A DNA stretch of 64,000 bases from an uncultured Anaerolineaceae bacterium (GTDB lineage: Bacteria > Chloroflexota > Anaerolineae > Anaerolineales > Anaerolineaceae). The notes below the pieces were generated by a model. That model was not told the DNA's origin. It saw only the letters and a program-made list of their open reading frames with translations, and searched no databases. A program made the translations under genes and the position numbers. Shown here piece after piece: positions 28,141 through 37,715 of the stretch. Position 1 is the stretch's first letter, and the number at the start of each line of letters is the position of its first letter. The DNA is taken from positions 33,050-97,049 of the forward strand of contig CAYSVX010000001.1 of NCBI GenBank assembly GCA_964434665.1, written 5' to 3'.

Positions 28141-28432
28141 GCTTGAGACATCCCATCCGGTTGATTGTCAGACTTGCGATCCGGAATTGTCGCAATTGCC
28201 AAGAACTTTGAGCAATCTGCCGCGACTGGTGATTTTGTTAATGATAAAGGTTTATCAGAAAACATTGTCCAAAGCTTTACCACCGAATACCTGTCTGTTT
28301 TATCCAACCTGTTCTCACTACACCTACCAGGCTGTTTACAAATACGGAGCACTAAAAGGCGGATGGATGGGTGTGAAGCGGATTGTACGTTGTAATCCGT
28401 TTAATCAAGGCGGCTTTGATCCAGTACCTTAG
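28133..28432 (+). CDS. yidD: membrane protein insertion efficiency factor YidD
   Basis: Motif YQKTLSKALPPNTCLFYPTCSHYTYQAVYKYGALKGGWMGVKRIVRCNPF. Overlaps the rnpA stop by 8 nt. Confidence 0.88.
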   Translation: MNELETSHPVDCQTCDPELSQLPRTLSNLPRLVILLMIKVYQKTLSKALPPNTCLFYPTCSHYTYQAVYKYGALKGGWMGVKRIVRCNPFNQGGFDPVP

Positions 28433-28439
28433 GAGATTT

Positions 28440-29516
28440 ATGAGCAAAAAAATACTACGTTCTCTTTTGATGGTCCTTCTAGCGGGATTACTTCTCGCTA
28501 GCTGTGCAATGGGTCCTCGAGCTGAAAGCACTCCGGGCATCAGCGCAGGGGAGAACCTAATTTTCGTGTCTTACATGAGTTATGTTTATCAACTTGATCC
28601 TGCCACTGGAATTGCCTCCTGGCGGTATCCTGAAAAATCCAATATCAAACAGGTTTTCTACGCCCCTGCCTTGATCGATGGTGAATCCATCTATGTTGGT
28701 GATTTTGCCAATGATTTCTTGAAAATCAATGTTGCCGGAACACCAAAAATCGACTGGACCTTCACGGATGCCAAGGGCTGGTACCAGGGAAAAGCTGCCA
28801 AAGATGGTAATCTGATCATAGTTCCCAACGCGGATCGGAACATTTACGCGATCGATGAGAACAACAGTCTGATCTGGACTCATCGCGGCGAATTTGCCTA
28901 CATCTCCGAGCCTCTGATCGTTGAGGACATGGTCATTGTGAGTTCACAAGACCACAAAGTCCTTTTCCTTAACAAAAAAGACGGCACAACTATTCGCGAG
29001 ATAGATTTAGGCGGTGCGGTGATTGCTCCCCCGTTTTACGATGCGGAGACGGATTCAATATTTGTTGGTACTCTGGCAAGCGAATTCGTGAGAATTAGTC
29101 GCCTGACTGGTGAAATTGTGTGGCGCTACGATGGCGGCGGAACCTTGGGGAGTGTCTGGGCAGAACCGATCCTTTTGAACGGTCAGATCATTTTTAATGA
29201 CAAATCTGGCAAAATTGTCTCCCTTTCCCCTGAAACCGGCGTGGAAAACTGGCAATTCAGCGCTGGTGGTTCCATGCCTGCGGGTCTTGCACTGGTCGAG
29301 GGTCAGGGCTTTGTTGCCGTATTGGAAGACGGAACCATTACCCTTTATGGCATAGACCGACAAGCGATATGGTCCCGCATTGTTAGCGGAAAGGTATACA
29401 ACACGCCAGTTGTAACTGAGACCATGGTTCTGGTTGGTGCAATCAAGGGGGATAATCTGGTGTACGCATTTGATATCAAAGGTCAGCCTGTCTGGACCTT
29501 CAAACCTGAGAAATAG
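28440..29516 (+). CDS. PQQ-like beta-propeller lipoprotein (BamB-like fold)
   Basis: ATG 28440 follows AGGAG. Signal peptide plus lipobox LLLASC. Repeated propeller blades of the ...G.I.W... type (IASWRY, LIWTH, EIVWRY, VENWQF, AIWSR, PVWTF). Confidence 0.8.
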   Translation: MSKKILRSLLMVLLAGLLLASCAMGPRAESTPGISAGENLIFVSYMSYVYQLDPATGIASWRYPEKSNIKQVFYAPALIDGESIYVGDFANDFLKINVAGTPKIDWTFTDAKGWYQGKAAKDGNLIIVPNADRNIYAIDENNSLIWTHRGEFAYISEPLIVEDMVIVSSQDHKVLFLNKKDGTTIREIDLGGAVIAPPFYDAETDSIFVGTLASEFVRISRLTGEIVWRYDGGGTLGSVWAEPILLNGQIIFNDKSGKIVSLSPETGVENWQFSAGGSMPAGLALVEGQGFVAVLEDGTITLYGIDRQAIWSRIVSGKVYNTPVVTETMVLVGAIKGDNLVYAFDIKGQPVWTFKPEK

Positions 29517-29527
29517 AGAGGTCGACT

Positions 29528-30427
29528 ATGTGGGATACCCTGATTGTCCAACCCTTTACCAATGTTTTATTGATGATCACGATGCTGGTCAAGAATTTTG
29601 GCGTCGCGATCATTCTGTTTACCATCCTGATTAAACTGGTCACTTACCCGCTGACTGCCAAGCAGATCAAATCCTCGCAGGCGATGCAGGACTTGCAGAA
29701 AAACCCTCGTTATCTGAAGATGCAGGAAAAGTACAAGGATAACAAAGAAAAACTGGCAGAAGAGCAGATGAAGATTTACAAGGAGCTCGGAGTAAGTCCG
29801 TTTAGCTCTTGTCTGCCTATGCTGTTTCAATTTCCGATCATTTTTGGTTTATATCAGAGCATTATGCGAGCGATGGCAAGCACACCGCTTGAGTTGATCA
29901 AGCTGGAACGAATCATTTACCCATTCCTTGATTCCACCAAGATATTGCCGATCCAAAACCGATTCCTTTGGATGGATCTTGGACAACCCGAACGATTGAT
30001 GATCGCTGGAATTGGTATTCCAGTGCTCACAATCCTGGTCATTTTGTCTACTGTGGTTCAAACCAGGGTCATGCAGCCGCCTACCGACCCTGGAAACACG
30101 CAAGCTTCAGCCATGACGAGCAGCATGAACATGACCATGCCGCTCCTGATGGGTGTGATGGCGTACCAATTCTCTGCTGGTCTGGCACTTTACTTTGTCA
30201 TTAGCAACCTGACGACGGTTGCCCAGTACGCGGCAATGGGAAAAACGGATTGGTCCAGAATTTTCCCATGGATAAAGACAAAGCCCAAACCGAGCAAACC
30301 GGTCATTGTCATGCCTGATCTGTCAGATGATGACGACGAAGAAGAAGAACCCACCATCGTTGAAAAGGTCAGTAAACCTTCAGCCCGGGCGTCCGCAAAG
30401 CGCCAGCGCCCAAAGATGAAGAAATAA
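29528..30427 (+). CDS. yidC: YidC/Oxa1 membrane insertase, short (no large periplasmic domain)
   Basis: Motifs ILFTILIKLVTYPLTAKQIKSSQAMQ and CLPMLFQFPI. 299 aa. Acidic run DDDDEEEE followed by a basic tail. Confidence 0.88.
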   Translation: MWDTLIVQPFTNVLLMITMLVKNFGVAIILFTILIKLVTYPLTAKQIKSSQAMQDLQKNPRYLKMQEKYKDNKEKLAEEQMKIYKELGVSPFSSCLPMLFQFPIIFGLYQSIMRAMASTPLELIKLERIIYPFLDSTKILPIQNRFLWMDLGQPERLMIAGIGIPVLTILVILSTVVQTRVMQPPTDPGNTQASAMTSSMNMTMPLLMGVMAYQFSAGLALYFVISNLTTVAQYAAMGKTDWSRIFPWIKTKPKPSKPVIVMPDLSDDDDEEEEPTIVEKVSKPSARASAKRQRPKMKK

Positions 30428-30453
30428 GTGTTTTTGAAAGTGGAGTGAGTCTG

Positions 30454-31242
30454 ATGACAAAGAACAATACCACCCTTGAGGTTGTTGCACCAACAGTCGA
30501 AGAAGCCATCGAGAAGGGCTTGGAGCAATTAGGGGTCGAACGAGAGGCCGTGGAAGTCGAAGTTTTGGACGAAGGAAAGAGGAATTTATTCCGCTTCGCC
30601 TCCAAACAAGCCCACATTAAGCTGACCCTTTTGGATAATGCTGACACTTCAAAAATGATATCCGAAGTGGAAGATCAGCTTTCAACTTCGGAAGATGAAG
30701 AAGAACTCAATTTTGAGGCGATGTTTGAGGCAGAAATGAACTCAAACATCAAAGAACCGGTAGACCTGGAACTGACGGACATTGAAACAGTGGTTAAAGA
30801 CACCATATCCGAATTACTGCAAAAAATGGACGTTCAGGCGGGGGTTTCTGTTCAGAAGATTTACCAGGAAGACGAAGACCGGGAAGTGATTTACGTCAAT
30901 ATTGAAGGTTCAGATCTGAGTTTTTTGATTGGGCGCAGAGCTGAAACACTTAACGCTTTACAGTATGTTTCCAGCCTTATGGTGAATAAAAAACTTAATC
31001 ATTGGGTTCCGATGCAATTGGATATCCAAAACTTCCGCCACCGCCGGGAGATCGAACTGCAGAAGCTCGCCCGAAGGATGGCTGAACAAGTTATCTCCAC
31101 CGGTCGCAGGCAGTGCCTGGAACCGATGCCGGCGAACGAACGCAGGATTGTACACATTGAGTTGCGCAAAAACGATTTGGTATACACTGAATCCATTGGC
31201 GAGGAACCAAATCGGAAAATTTGCATTTACCCGGCAGAATAA
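30454..31242 (+). CDS. jag: Jag/KhpB RNA-binding protein (Jag_N, KH, R3H)
   Basis: N-terminus VEEAIEKGLEQLGV and C-terminal R3H motif MPANERRIVHIELR. Start set at ATG 30454, 8 nt after TGGAG; the track uses GTG 30445. Confidence 0.85.
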   Translation: MTKNNTTLEVVAPTVEEAIEKGLEQLGVEREAVEVEVLDEGKRNLFRFASKQAHIKLTLLDNADTSKMISEVEDQLSTSEDEEELNFEAMFEAEMNSNIKEPVDLELTDIETVVKDTISELLQKMDVQAGVSVQKIYQEDEDREVIYVNIEGSDLSFLIGRRAETLNALQYVSSLMVNKKLNHWVPMQLDIQNFRHRREIELQKLARRMAEQVISTGRRQCLEPMPANERRIVHIELRKNDLVYTESIGEEPNRKICIYPAE

Positions 31243-31253
31243 GTGACCTTACT

Positions 31254-32567
31254 ATGCGTGCTTTAGATTTGATTATAAAAAAACGGGATAACCAAGTTCT
31301 ATCCAAGTCTGAAATTGACTTTTTGATCGAAGGCTATGCCCACGATGAAGTACCTGATTATCAAATGTCGGCTTGGGCCATGGCAGTCCTGCTGAACGGG
31401 ATGACTGACCAGGAAATAACCGATCTGACCATGGCAATGGCACATTCAGGGGAAGTGCTTGACCTGAGCGAGATTGGCGAACTGGTAGTAGACAAGCATT
31501 CCACTGGCGGTGTGGGAGACAAAACAACTCTGAGTGTTGCTCCGATGGTTGCCGCGTGCGGTTTACCCGTCGGCAAGATGTCTGGCAGGGGGTTAGGTTT
31601 CAGTGGTGGTACGATCGACAAACTTGAATCGATACCAGGCTTTAGAAGCAACCTCTCGACAGATGAGTTTATCAATCAGTTAAAAGGGATTGGCATTGTT
31701 CTCACTGGACAAAGCGCTGATCTGGCACCCGCGGATGGGAAGCTTTATTCTCTCAGGGATGTGACAGGGACAGTACAGTCTATTCCATTGATTGCATCCT
31801 CTGTCATGAGTAAGAAGATAGCTGGTGGCGCGGACGCGATCGTTTTGGATGTAAAGGTCGGCAAGGGCGCATTTATGCAGACCCTCGAAGACGCGCGAAA
31901 ACTCGCGAATGTGATGGTTTCGATTGGGAACCTGAGCGGTCGCCGGGTGATTGCGGTTCTTTCACCGATGGATCAACCCCTCGGAGAAGCTGTCGGGAAC
32001 GCGCTTGAACTCAAAGAAGCGGTGGAACTACTGCAGGGGAAAGCTCCTGAAGATTATCGCTACCACTGCATGCACCTGGCGGCTTACATGCTGATCCTTG
32101 GCAAGAAGGCTGCTTCCATGCGGGAAGCGCTGGCAATGGCAGAAGCGTCAATCGCAGACGGCAGTGCCATGATAAAGCTTGAGGAGTTGATTGCTGCTCA
32201 GGGTGGGGATGTCTCATACATTCGTGACCTTGATCTATTACCGAAAGCCAACATCCACAAAACAATTACCGCCAACAAAAGCGGCTGGGTAAAAACTGTG
32301 GACGCAAAAGAAGTCGGCGAGAGTTCAGTGACACTTGGCGCTGGGCGCTCGAAAAAAGATGACAAAATCGATTTTGGCGTCGGCATCCTGGTCAAAGTAA
32401 AAATTGGAGAGAAAGTCGCTGAAAAACAGCCTCTTTTTGAGGTTCATGCCAACGATGAAGAGAAACTCTACCAGGTTTTGGAAAAACTGCGAAATGCGGT
32501 TGAAATAGTGGACGAACCGGTGGAAGCGCCCCCATTTTTTTGGGACGTAATTGGTCTGAATGAATAG
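31254..32567 (+). CDS. pdp: pyrimidine-nucleoside (thymidine) phosphorylase
   Basis: MRALDLIIKKRDN..LSKSEIDFLIEGY and DKHSTGGVGDKT. The start is set at 31254; the track's start at 31221 overlaps jag. Confidence 0.9.
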   Translation: MRALDLIIKKRDNQVLSKSEIDFLIEGYAHDEVPDYQMSAWAMAVLLNGMTDQEITDLTMAMAHSGEVLDLSEIGELVVDKHSTGGVGDKTTLSVAPMVAACGLPVGKMSGRGLGFSGGTIDKLESIPGFRSNLSTDEFINQLKGIGIVLTGQSADLAPADGKLYSLRDVTGTVQSIPLIASSVMSKKIAGGADAIVLDVKVGKGAFMQTLEDARKLANVMVSIGNLSGRRVIAVLSPMDQPLGEAVGNALELKEAVELLQGKAPEDYRYHCMHLAAYMLILGKKAASMREALAMAEASIADGSAMIKLEELIAAQGGDVSYIRDLDLLPKANIHKTITANKSGWVKTVDAKEVGESSVTLGAGRSKKDDKIDFGVGILVKVKIGEKVAEKQPLFEVHANDEEKLYQVLEKLRNAVEIVDEPVEAPPFFWDVIGLNE

Positions 32568-32570
32568 CAG

Positions 32571-32595
32571 AAACCCGGTTCGCCGGGTTTTTTAT
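32571..32595 (+). terminator. rho-independent terminator after pdp
   Basis: AAACCCGG-ttcg-CCGGGTTT followed by TTTTATT. Confidence 0.7.
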
Positions 32596-32615
32596 TGGAA
32601 ACTGGAGAATAGTTA

Positions 32616-34469
32616 ATGCTGGCAGAACGTAAGAATATCAGGAATTTGGCAATTATCGCGCATGTGGATCATGGCAAGACGACCCTGATCGATTCCATGC
32701 TGAGACAGGCAAAAGTGTTCCGCGAGAACCAGAAGGTTCAGGAGCGCATTATGGATTCCAACGACCTGGAAAGGGAACGTGGAATAACTATTCTCGCAAA
32801 AAACACCGCAATTACGTTACCCGACCCCGAAACAGGCGAATTGATCAAAATCAATATCGTCGACACTCCCGGACATGCTGACTTTGGGGGTGAGGTCGAA
32901 CGGATCATGAACATGGTGGATGGTGTGCTGCTGCTGGTGGACGCGGTGGAAGGTCCCAAACCGCAGACGAGGTTCGTCCTCAAGCAAGCGATCGCAAAAA
33001 ACCTGCCAACAATCGTAGTGATCAACAAGCTGGATCGGCGGGATGCCGACGCTGACCAGGCGTTGAACGCAACCTTTGACTTGTTTGTCGAGCTTGGTGC
33101 AAGCAGTGAGTTGCTCGAGTTTCCGATCATCTATGCGGATGGGCTTGCTGGGAAAGCAGGAACATCGGAACAATTGGCTGATAATCTTATACCCTTGTTT
33201 GATAGCATCCTTCGCAACATACCCGGACCTTTGGCAGATGTTGATTCGCCATTTCAGCTGTTGGTTACGAATCTTGGTTACGACGAATATAGTGGTGTAA
33301 CAGCTACGGGCAGGATTCACGCAGGAGTTATCAAGGCAGGTCAGCCGGTGATGCGCCTCAAGCTTGACGGAACTGCCGAACGGATCCAGGCAAAGTATCT
33401 GTTTGCGTACCAGGGTCTTGCCAAGGTCGCAATTGATACCGCTGAGGCTGGTGAGATCGTGACCATTGGCGGGCTGAAGGACATCCAAATCGGAGAGACG
33501 TTGGCAGATGTGGAAAATCCGATTGTTCTCCCCGCTATCAAGGTCCAGCAGCCTACTGTTCAAATGACATTTGGCGTCAATACCTCGCCTTTTTCTGGCC
33601 GAGAGGGAAAGTGGGGAACCACCAGGAAACTTTGGGAGCGTTTAACTGAGGAGTTGCGGACAAATATTGCTCTACGAGTCGCGCAAACGGATCAAAAAGA
33701 CACTTTTCTGGTTTCAGGGCGAGGTGAGCTGCACCTTGGCATCCTGATTGAAACCATGCGCCGCGAAGGGTATGAATTCCAGGTCAGCCGACCAGAAGCA
33801 ATCATCGTTGAAGATGAAAACGGTCGCAAATTTGAACCTTTTGAGGAAGTACACATCGATGTGGACAGCGACAGCGTGGGGATTGTGGTTGAAATGCTCG
33901 GTCAGCGTAAGGGAAAAATGACCAACATGACCAACAACCCGGATGGAACAGTGCATTTGATCTATTCAATGCCCACTCGCGGTTTATTGGGATTTCGATA
34001 TAAATTTTTGAACGCTACCCGTGGCAGGGGCATTCTTAACAGCTTCTATGTTGGAGATCAGCCGCTCGAAGGCACTATCGATAGCAAATCCACCAGCTCG
34101 ATTGTTGCCCGGGAAGAAGGGGTATCCTCAACTTATGGATTGAAAAATGCCGAACCTCGTGGGATCCTGTTTATCGGTCCTGGAGTTGAAGTCTACGAAG
34201 GCATGATTGTGGGTGAAACCCCAAGGTCGCAGGATCTTTCGATCAACATCGCCAAGAAAAAACATCTGACCAATATGCGCCAGTCGATTCGGGATCTGGA
34301 TGAAAGGCTTAATCCTCCAAGGCAAATGAGCCTGGATGAGATGATTGAATATTTGGGAGCAGATGAACTTTTGGAAGTTACCCCTGAGAGCTTACGGTTA
34401 AGGAAGCGCATACTCAACACCCACGATCGTCTCCGGGATGAAAAGAACGCCGAGGACGACGAAGATTAG
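32616..34469 (+). CDS. typA: translational GTPase TypA/BipA
   Basis: [34 protein letters not shown]. 617 aa. Confidence 0.93.
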   Translation: MLAERKNIRNLAIIAHVDHGKTTLIDSMLRQAKVFRENQKVQERIMDSNDLERERGITILAKNTAITLPDPETGELIKINIVDTPGHADFGGEVERIMNMVDGVLLLVDAVEGPKPQTRFVLKQAIAKNLPTIVVINKLDRRDADADQALNATFDLFVELGASSELLEFPIIYADGLAGKAGTSEQLADNLIPLFDSILRNIPGPLADVDSPFQLLVTNLGYDEYSGVTATGRIHAGVIKAGQPVMRLKLDGTAERIQAKYLFAYQGLAKVAIDTAEAGEIVTIGGLKDIQIGETLADVENPIVLPAIKVQQPTVQMTFGVNTSPFSGREGKWGTTRKLWERLTEELRTNIALRVAQTDQKDTFLVSGRGELHLGILIETMRREGYEFQVSRPEAIIVEDENGRKFEPFEEVHIDVDSDSVGIVVEMLGQRKGKMTNMTNNPDGTVHLIYSMPTRGLLGFRYKFLNATRGRGILNSFYVGDQPLEGTIDSKSTSSIVAREEGVSSTYGLKNAEPRGILFIGPGVEVYEGMIVGETPRSQDLSINIAKKKHLTNMRQSIRDLDERLNPPRQMSLDEMIEYLGADELLEVTPESLRLRKRILNTHDRLRDEKNAEDDED

Positions 34470-34493
34470 GGATAGGATTTATTAATACATAGA

Positions 34494-35360
34494 CTATGCG
34501 CGTAGTATAAAGCGTTGAGAAGGTAACCCTGAAATGTCTAAAAGAATTGAGAAGAGCGCACCGGCATGGGGCTGAGCGCTTTTTTCTTTATCAGTGAGAT
34601 CAACGGAGGCACTGGTGATGTAAAGTGTTCGCATGTCGGCTCCGCCAAAAGCTACTGAGGTAGGTCGGCTAACTGGCAAAAGAATTTGGGCTAGTTCTTC
34701 ACCTTCGGGTGAAAGCTGAACAACACGCCCGCCATCCCAGATAGCAACCCAAAGATTGCCGTCTGCGTCGATGGTTAATCCGTCGGGCGTGCCTTCCGGG
34801 GGAGTGTAGGAGACCTTCTTATGGGTCAATTCTTTGCCCTGCAAGGTGTACCGGTAGATTGCATGATCGAGAGAATCAGTGTGGAAAAAGAACTTGCCAT
34901 CCAGGCTCCAGCCGATTCCATTTGAGATCGAGATTTTTTCGATTACGGCATCTACACTCAGGTCTGGGTCAAGACGGTAAAGTTTGGCTGTACCTCGGGT
35001 ACCTTTTGAGCCAACCCAGAACTCTCCGCCTGGTGAAACTTTACCATCGTTGAACATCTCGCCAAGGCCTTTGGGAATTACATCCAGAAAGTTTTCCGGT
35101 ATCGCATCTCCGGGTTGATAAAAGGCAAAACCAAATTCAGTCGCGAGCAGCAATTGATCTGTGTCCGTCAGGGCGATACAGCCAAGTTTTTGACCGATCT
35201 GGTGGACCTGCAACCCAAGACTACTTGGCTGATACTGATAGAGTAATCCCTGGTCGATATCAATCCAGAAAAGCGATTGCCGCCGTGGATCCCAAAGCGG
35301 ACATTCCCCCAGCACGTTTTCGCAATTAATTAGTGGATTCTCAATGTGGTAGGTGACCAT
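34494..35360 (-). CDS. SMP-30/gluconolactonase/LRE-family protein
   Basis: LGECPLWDP, repeated beta-propeller blades, and DGLTIDADGNLWVA. Confidence 0.85.
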   Translation of the reverse strand: MVTYHIENPLINCENVLGECPLWDPRRQSLFWIDIDQGLLYQYQPSSLGLQVHQIGQKLGCIALTDTDQLLLATEFGFAFYQPGDAIPENFLDVIPKGLGEMFNDGKVSPGGEFWVGSKGTRGTAKLYRLDPDLSVDAVIEKISISNGIGWSLDGKFFFHTDSLDHAIYRYTLQGKELTHKKVSYTPPEGTPDGLTIDADGNLWVAIWDGGRVVQLSPEGEELAQILLPVSRPTSVAFGGADMRTLYITSASVDLTDKEKSAQPHAGALFSILLDISGLPSQRFILRA

Positions 35361-35446
35361 GCTGAGATTTTACCAGCAGATATAGGGGTTTGTCATTCCC
35401 GGAGGGCAGTGTTAAAATACCCAAAACCTCACTGTGTTGGAGAGCG

Positions 35447-36244
35447 ATGAAAAAAAAGGGAAACCCCTCAGCAAAGACTGATTTCAGGCCGAAGGTTTTA
35501 CGTAACAAGCTGACTGACTGGCTTAGTGTGGCAGGTATCATGCTCATCGGCGCATTGATCGGGTTGATTTTTGGCTTTTTTTTCCCCCCGAAGTACGAGG
35601 CAACCGCCAAACTAACCACCAACCTGGAAGTCGTTACCAGTACCAATGTGACGGAAATAATGGTGGATTCGCAAGTCGATCTTATCGGTACCCTCGTTTT
35701 CCATCCGGATGTGGTTGAGCGGGTCAGGCTGAGCCTTGCAGACCAGGGAAGGACTTACACCTCAACAGAGCTGAAAAGTAAGACGAAAATCGAGCGCCAA
35801 TTAATGACCACATTAATCAAGGTGAGGGATACCGATCCGGAAGTCGCAGCTCTCATCGCTTCCACCTGGGCAGAAGAGGCATATGGGCGTTTAAGTGAGG
35901 CATTTCAGCACGCGCTCGCCCTCTCGGAAGCAAAAGCCACCCAGGCAATGGTGGTAAGTTGCTTTAACGACACTCAGCAGCAAAAACTGCCCTTATGCCA
36001 GTCGCTGACTACCGAAAAGGCCGCCCAATTATTGGGTGAGCTTAAAGGCGTCATTTTGGATGAAAGTCCATTGAGCCTGGGTCTGACAGGTGAATTAAAT
36101 ATCAGCCAGTATCAACCAGCACCCATCCCGAACCGACCGGTCGCGCAACAACGATCAACGATGATCCTTGCCGGCGCTATCGCTGGTTTGATGTGTGCAC
36201 TATTGCTGGGGGAACTCCTGGTGAAAGAACATAACCGTGAGTAG
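35447..36244 (+). CDS. Wzz-like polysaccharide chain-length determinant (PCP) family protein
   Basis: Start ATG 35447. TM1 followed by PPKYEATAKL (the Wzz P-x-Y-x-A pattern), a long helical periplasmic-type region, and a C-terminal TM ILAGAIAGLMCALLLGELLV. Confidence 0.6.
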   Translation: MKKKGNPSAKTDFRPKVLRNKLTDWLSVAGIMLIGALIGLIFGFFFPPKYEATAKLTTNLEVVTSTNVTEIMVDSQVDLIGTLVFHPDVVERVRLSLADQGRTYTSTELKSKTKIERQLMTTLIKVRDTDPEVAALIASTWAEEAYGRLSEAFQHALALSEAKATQAMVVSCFNDTQQQKLPLCQSLTTEKAAQLLGELKGVILDESPLSLGLTGELNISQYQPAPIPNRPVAQQRSTMILAGAIAGLMCALLLGELLVKEHNRE

Positions 36245-37715
36245 GTTTAGAGAGACACTTGCGGGCGCCAGCTGGAAGCTGATGTTGCTGGCTTTACCAA
36301 TCACGAGCTTTCCGATGCTTTCAAAGCTATTTGGCGGCACAATGGTCGCGCCGTTGTCGTTATTACCGATGCTTTTGCTTGTTTTGATGGTGGTATTGCC
36401 TGACTTCCTTAAGAGTAGAACTTTACCCCGACAATTCAAACCGCTCTACATTTTCTTTCTGATTACTATCTTATCGACAGCTCTTGCGTTCCTGAGAGAG
36501 CTGCCAAGTTTTCGTTCGATTCCCTTATGGAAAAATTCAGCGGAGGGTTTCGTGACTCTGCTGTTTGGTTTTGGTTTCTACCTTGTGACAATCTATTGTA
36601 CAAAAGATCAACGGGGAATTTTAAGAGCACTGCGATGGATTAACCTCGGCGGTATGGTAATCATTTTATTTGCGATTGCACAATACATCTCGTTTAAAGC
36701 TTCCGGAACATTCCCTCAAGGATTATTTTTTCTTCAGAGAGTCATTTCTTCTTCTGGCAGGCTATTCGATGGACGGGCTAACGGGCTGGCTTATGAGCCT
36801 TCATGGCTGGCACATCAACTCAACGTTTTGTACATCCCAATCTGGCTTGGTTTTACTGCACGAAATGAATCCGTCTACGCAAAGAAACTGTTTGGCATAA
36901 TTCCTTTTGAAGCCCTCCTGTTGCTGGGTGGAATCATCAGCATTTTCCTGAGTTTTTCAAGAATCGGGTGGCTGACGATCATTGCAGTATCAACGTATCT
37001 TTTTTTCTTGCTGGCAAATTCGACAATCAACCGATTGTTAGAAAATAGAGACAAGGAAACTGCAAAGAAGCCTAATATTTGGCGACACATCATCATTAAA
37101 TTCTTACTTTGGATGCTCTTGTTTTCCATTTTGTTGCTATTGATCTTCGCAGCAGGACTGATAATGCGGAAAATGGATCCTCGTATGGATCAGTTGTTTG
37201 AAATCCCGGTCATAAAAAAATTCGGAGTTATGGGTTGGGCGAGCCGGCTCGGATTTGCGGAAAGGATCATCTATTGGCAGTCAGCCTTGAAGGTATTCGA
37301 TGATCATCCCTGGTTTGGAAGTGGTTTAGGTATCGCCGGGTATTACTTCCCGGAAAAAATCCCAAGTTTTGGTTATCGTCTGCCTGAAATTCTTTCGGCT
37401 TTACTCTATGACAATTTTATTCCCAATGCCAAGAACTTATGGGTTAGACTGCTCGCAGAGACTGGCATCGTTGGGTTTTCTATCTTAGTTGCCGGTTTGG
37501 TATCCCATTGGCGCGACGCGAAGACCGTAGAAAAGCGGAAACACTCCGGGCTTTTCAGGGCGATGGGACTTGCAGGCCAATTTCTGATCATTGCCCTGGT
37601 CGTTGAGGGCTTTAGCCTGGACACCTTCGGCTTGCCTTATTACTGGATTGGTTTGGGGTTAATTGTGGCGAGCTGGCGGGCTAAATCGGAGTTTCAGCCT
37701 TCGAGCTCGAAGTGA
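36237..37715 (+). CDS. O-antigen ligase / Wzy-like polymerase family membrane protein
   Basis: 492 aa with more than 10 TM segments and a large loop (FGYRLPEI...NAKNLWVRLLAETGIVG). It is AT-rich. The GTG start overlaps the Wzz-like gene by 8 nt. Confidence 0.62.
   Translation: MSRFRETLAGASWKLMLLALPITSFPMLSKLFGGTMVAPLSLLPMLLLVLMVVLPDFLKSRTLPRQFKPLYIFFLITILSTALAFLRELPSFRSIPLWKNSAEGFVTLLFGFGFYLVTIYCTKDQRGILRALRWINLGGMVIILFAIAQYISFKASGTFPQGLFFLQRVISSSGRLFDGRANGLAYEPSWLAHQLNVLYIPIWLGFTARNESVYAKKLFGIIPFEALLLLGGIISIFLSFSRIGWLTIIAVSTYLFFLLANSTINRLLENRDKETAKKPNIWRHIIIKFLLWMLLFSILLLLIFAAGLIMRKMDPRMDQLFEIPVIKKFGVMGWASRLGFAERIIYWQSALKVFDDHPWFGSGLGIAGYYFPEKIPSFGYRLPEILSALLYDNFIPNAKNLWVRLLAETGIVGFSILVAGLVSHWRDAKTVEKRKHSGLFRAMGLAGQFLIIALVVEGFSLDTFGLPYYWIGLGLIVASWRAKSEFQPSSSK

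Noticed and set aside
32817-33563. 248-aa minus-strand ORF
   Set aside because: It is antisense to typA and I recognised no family motifs in it.
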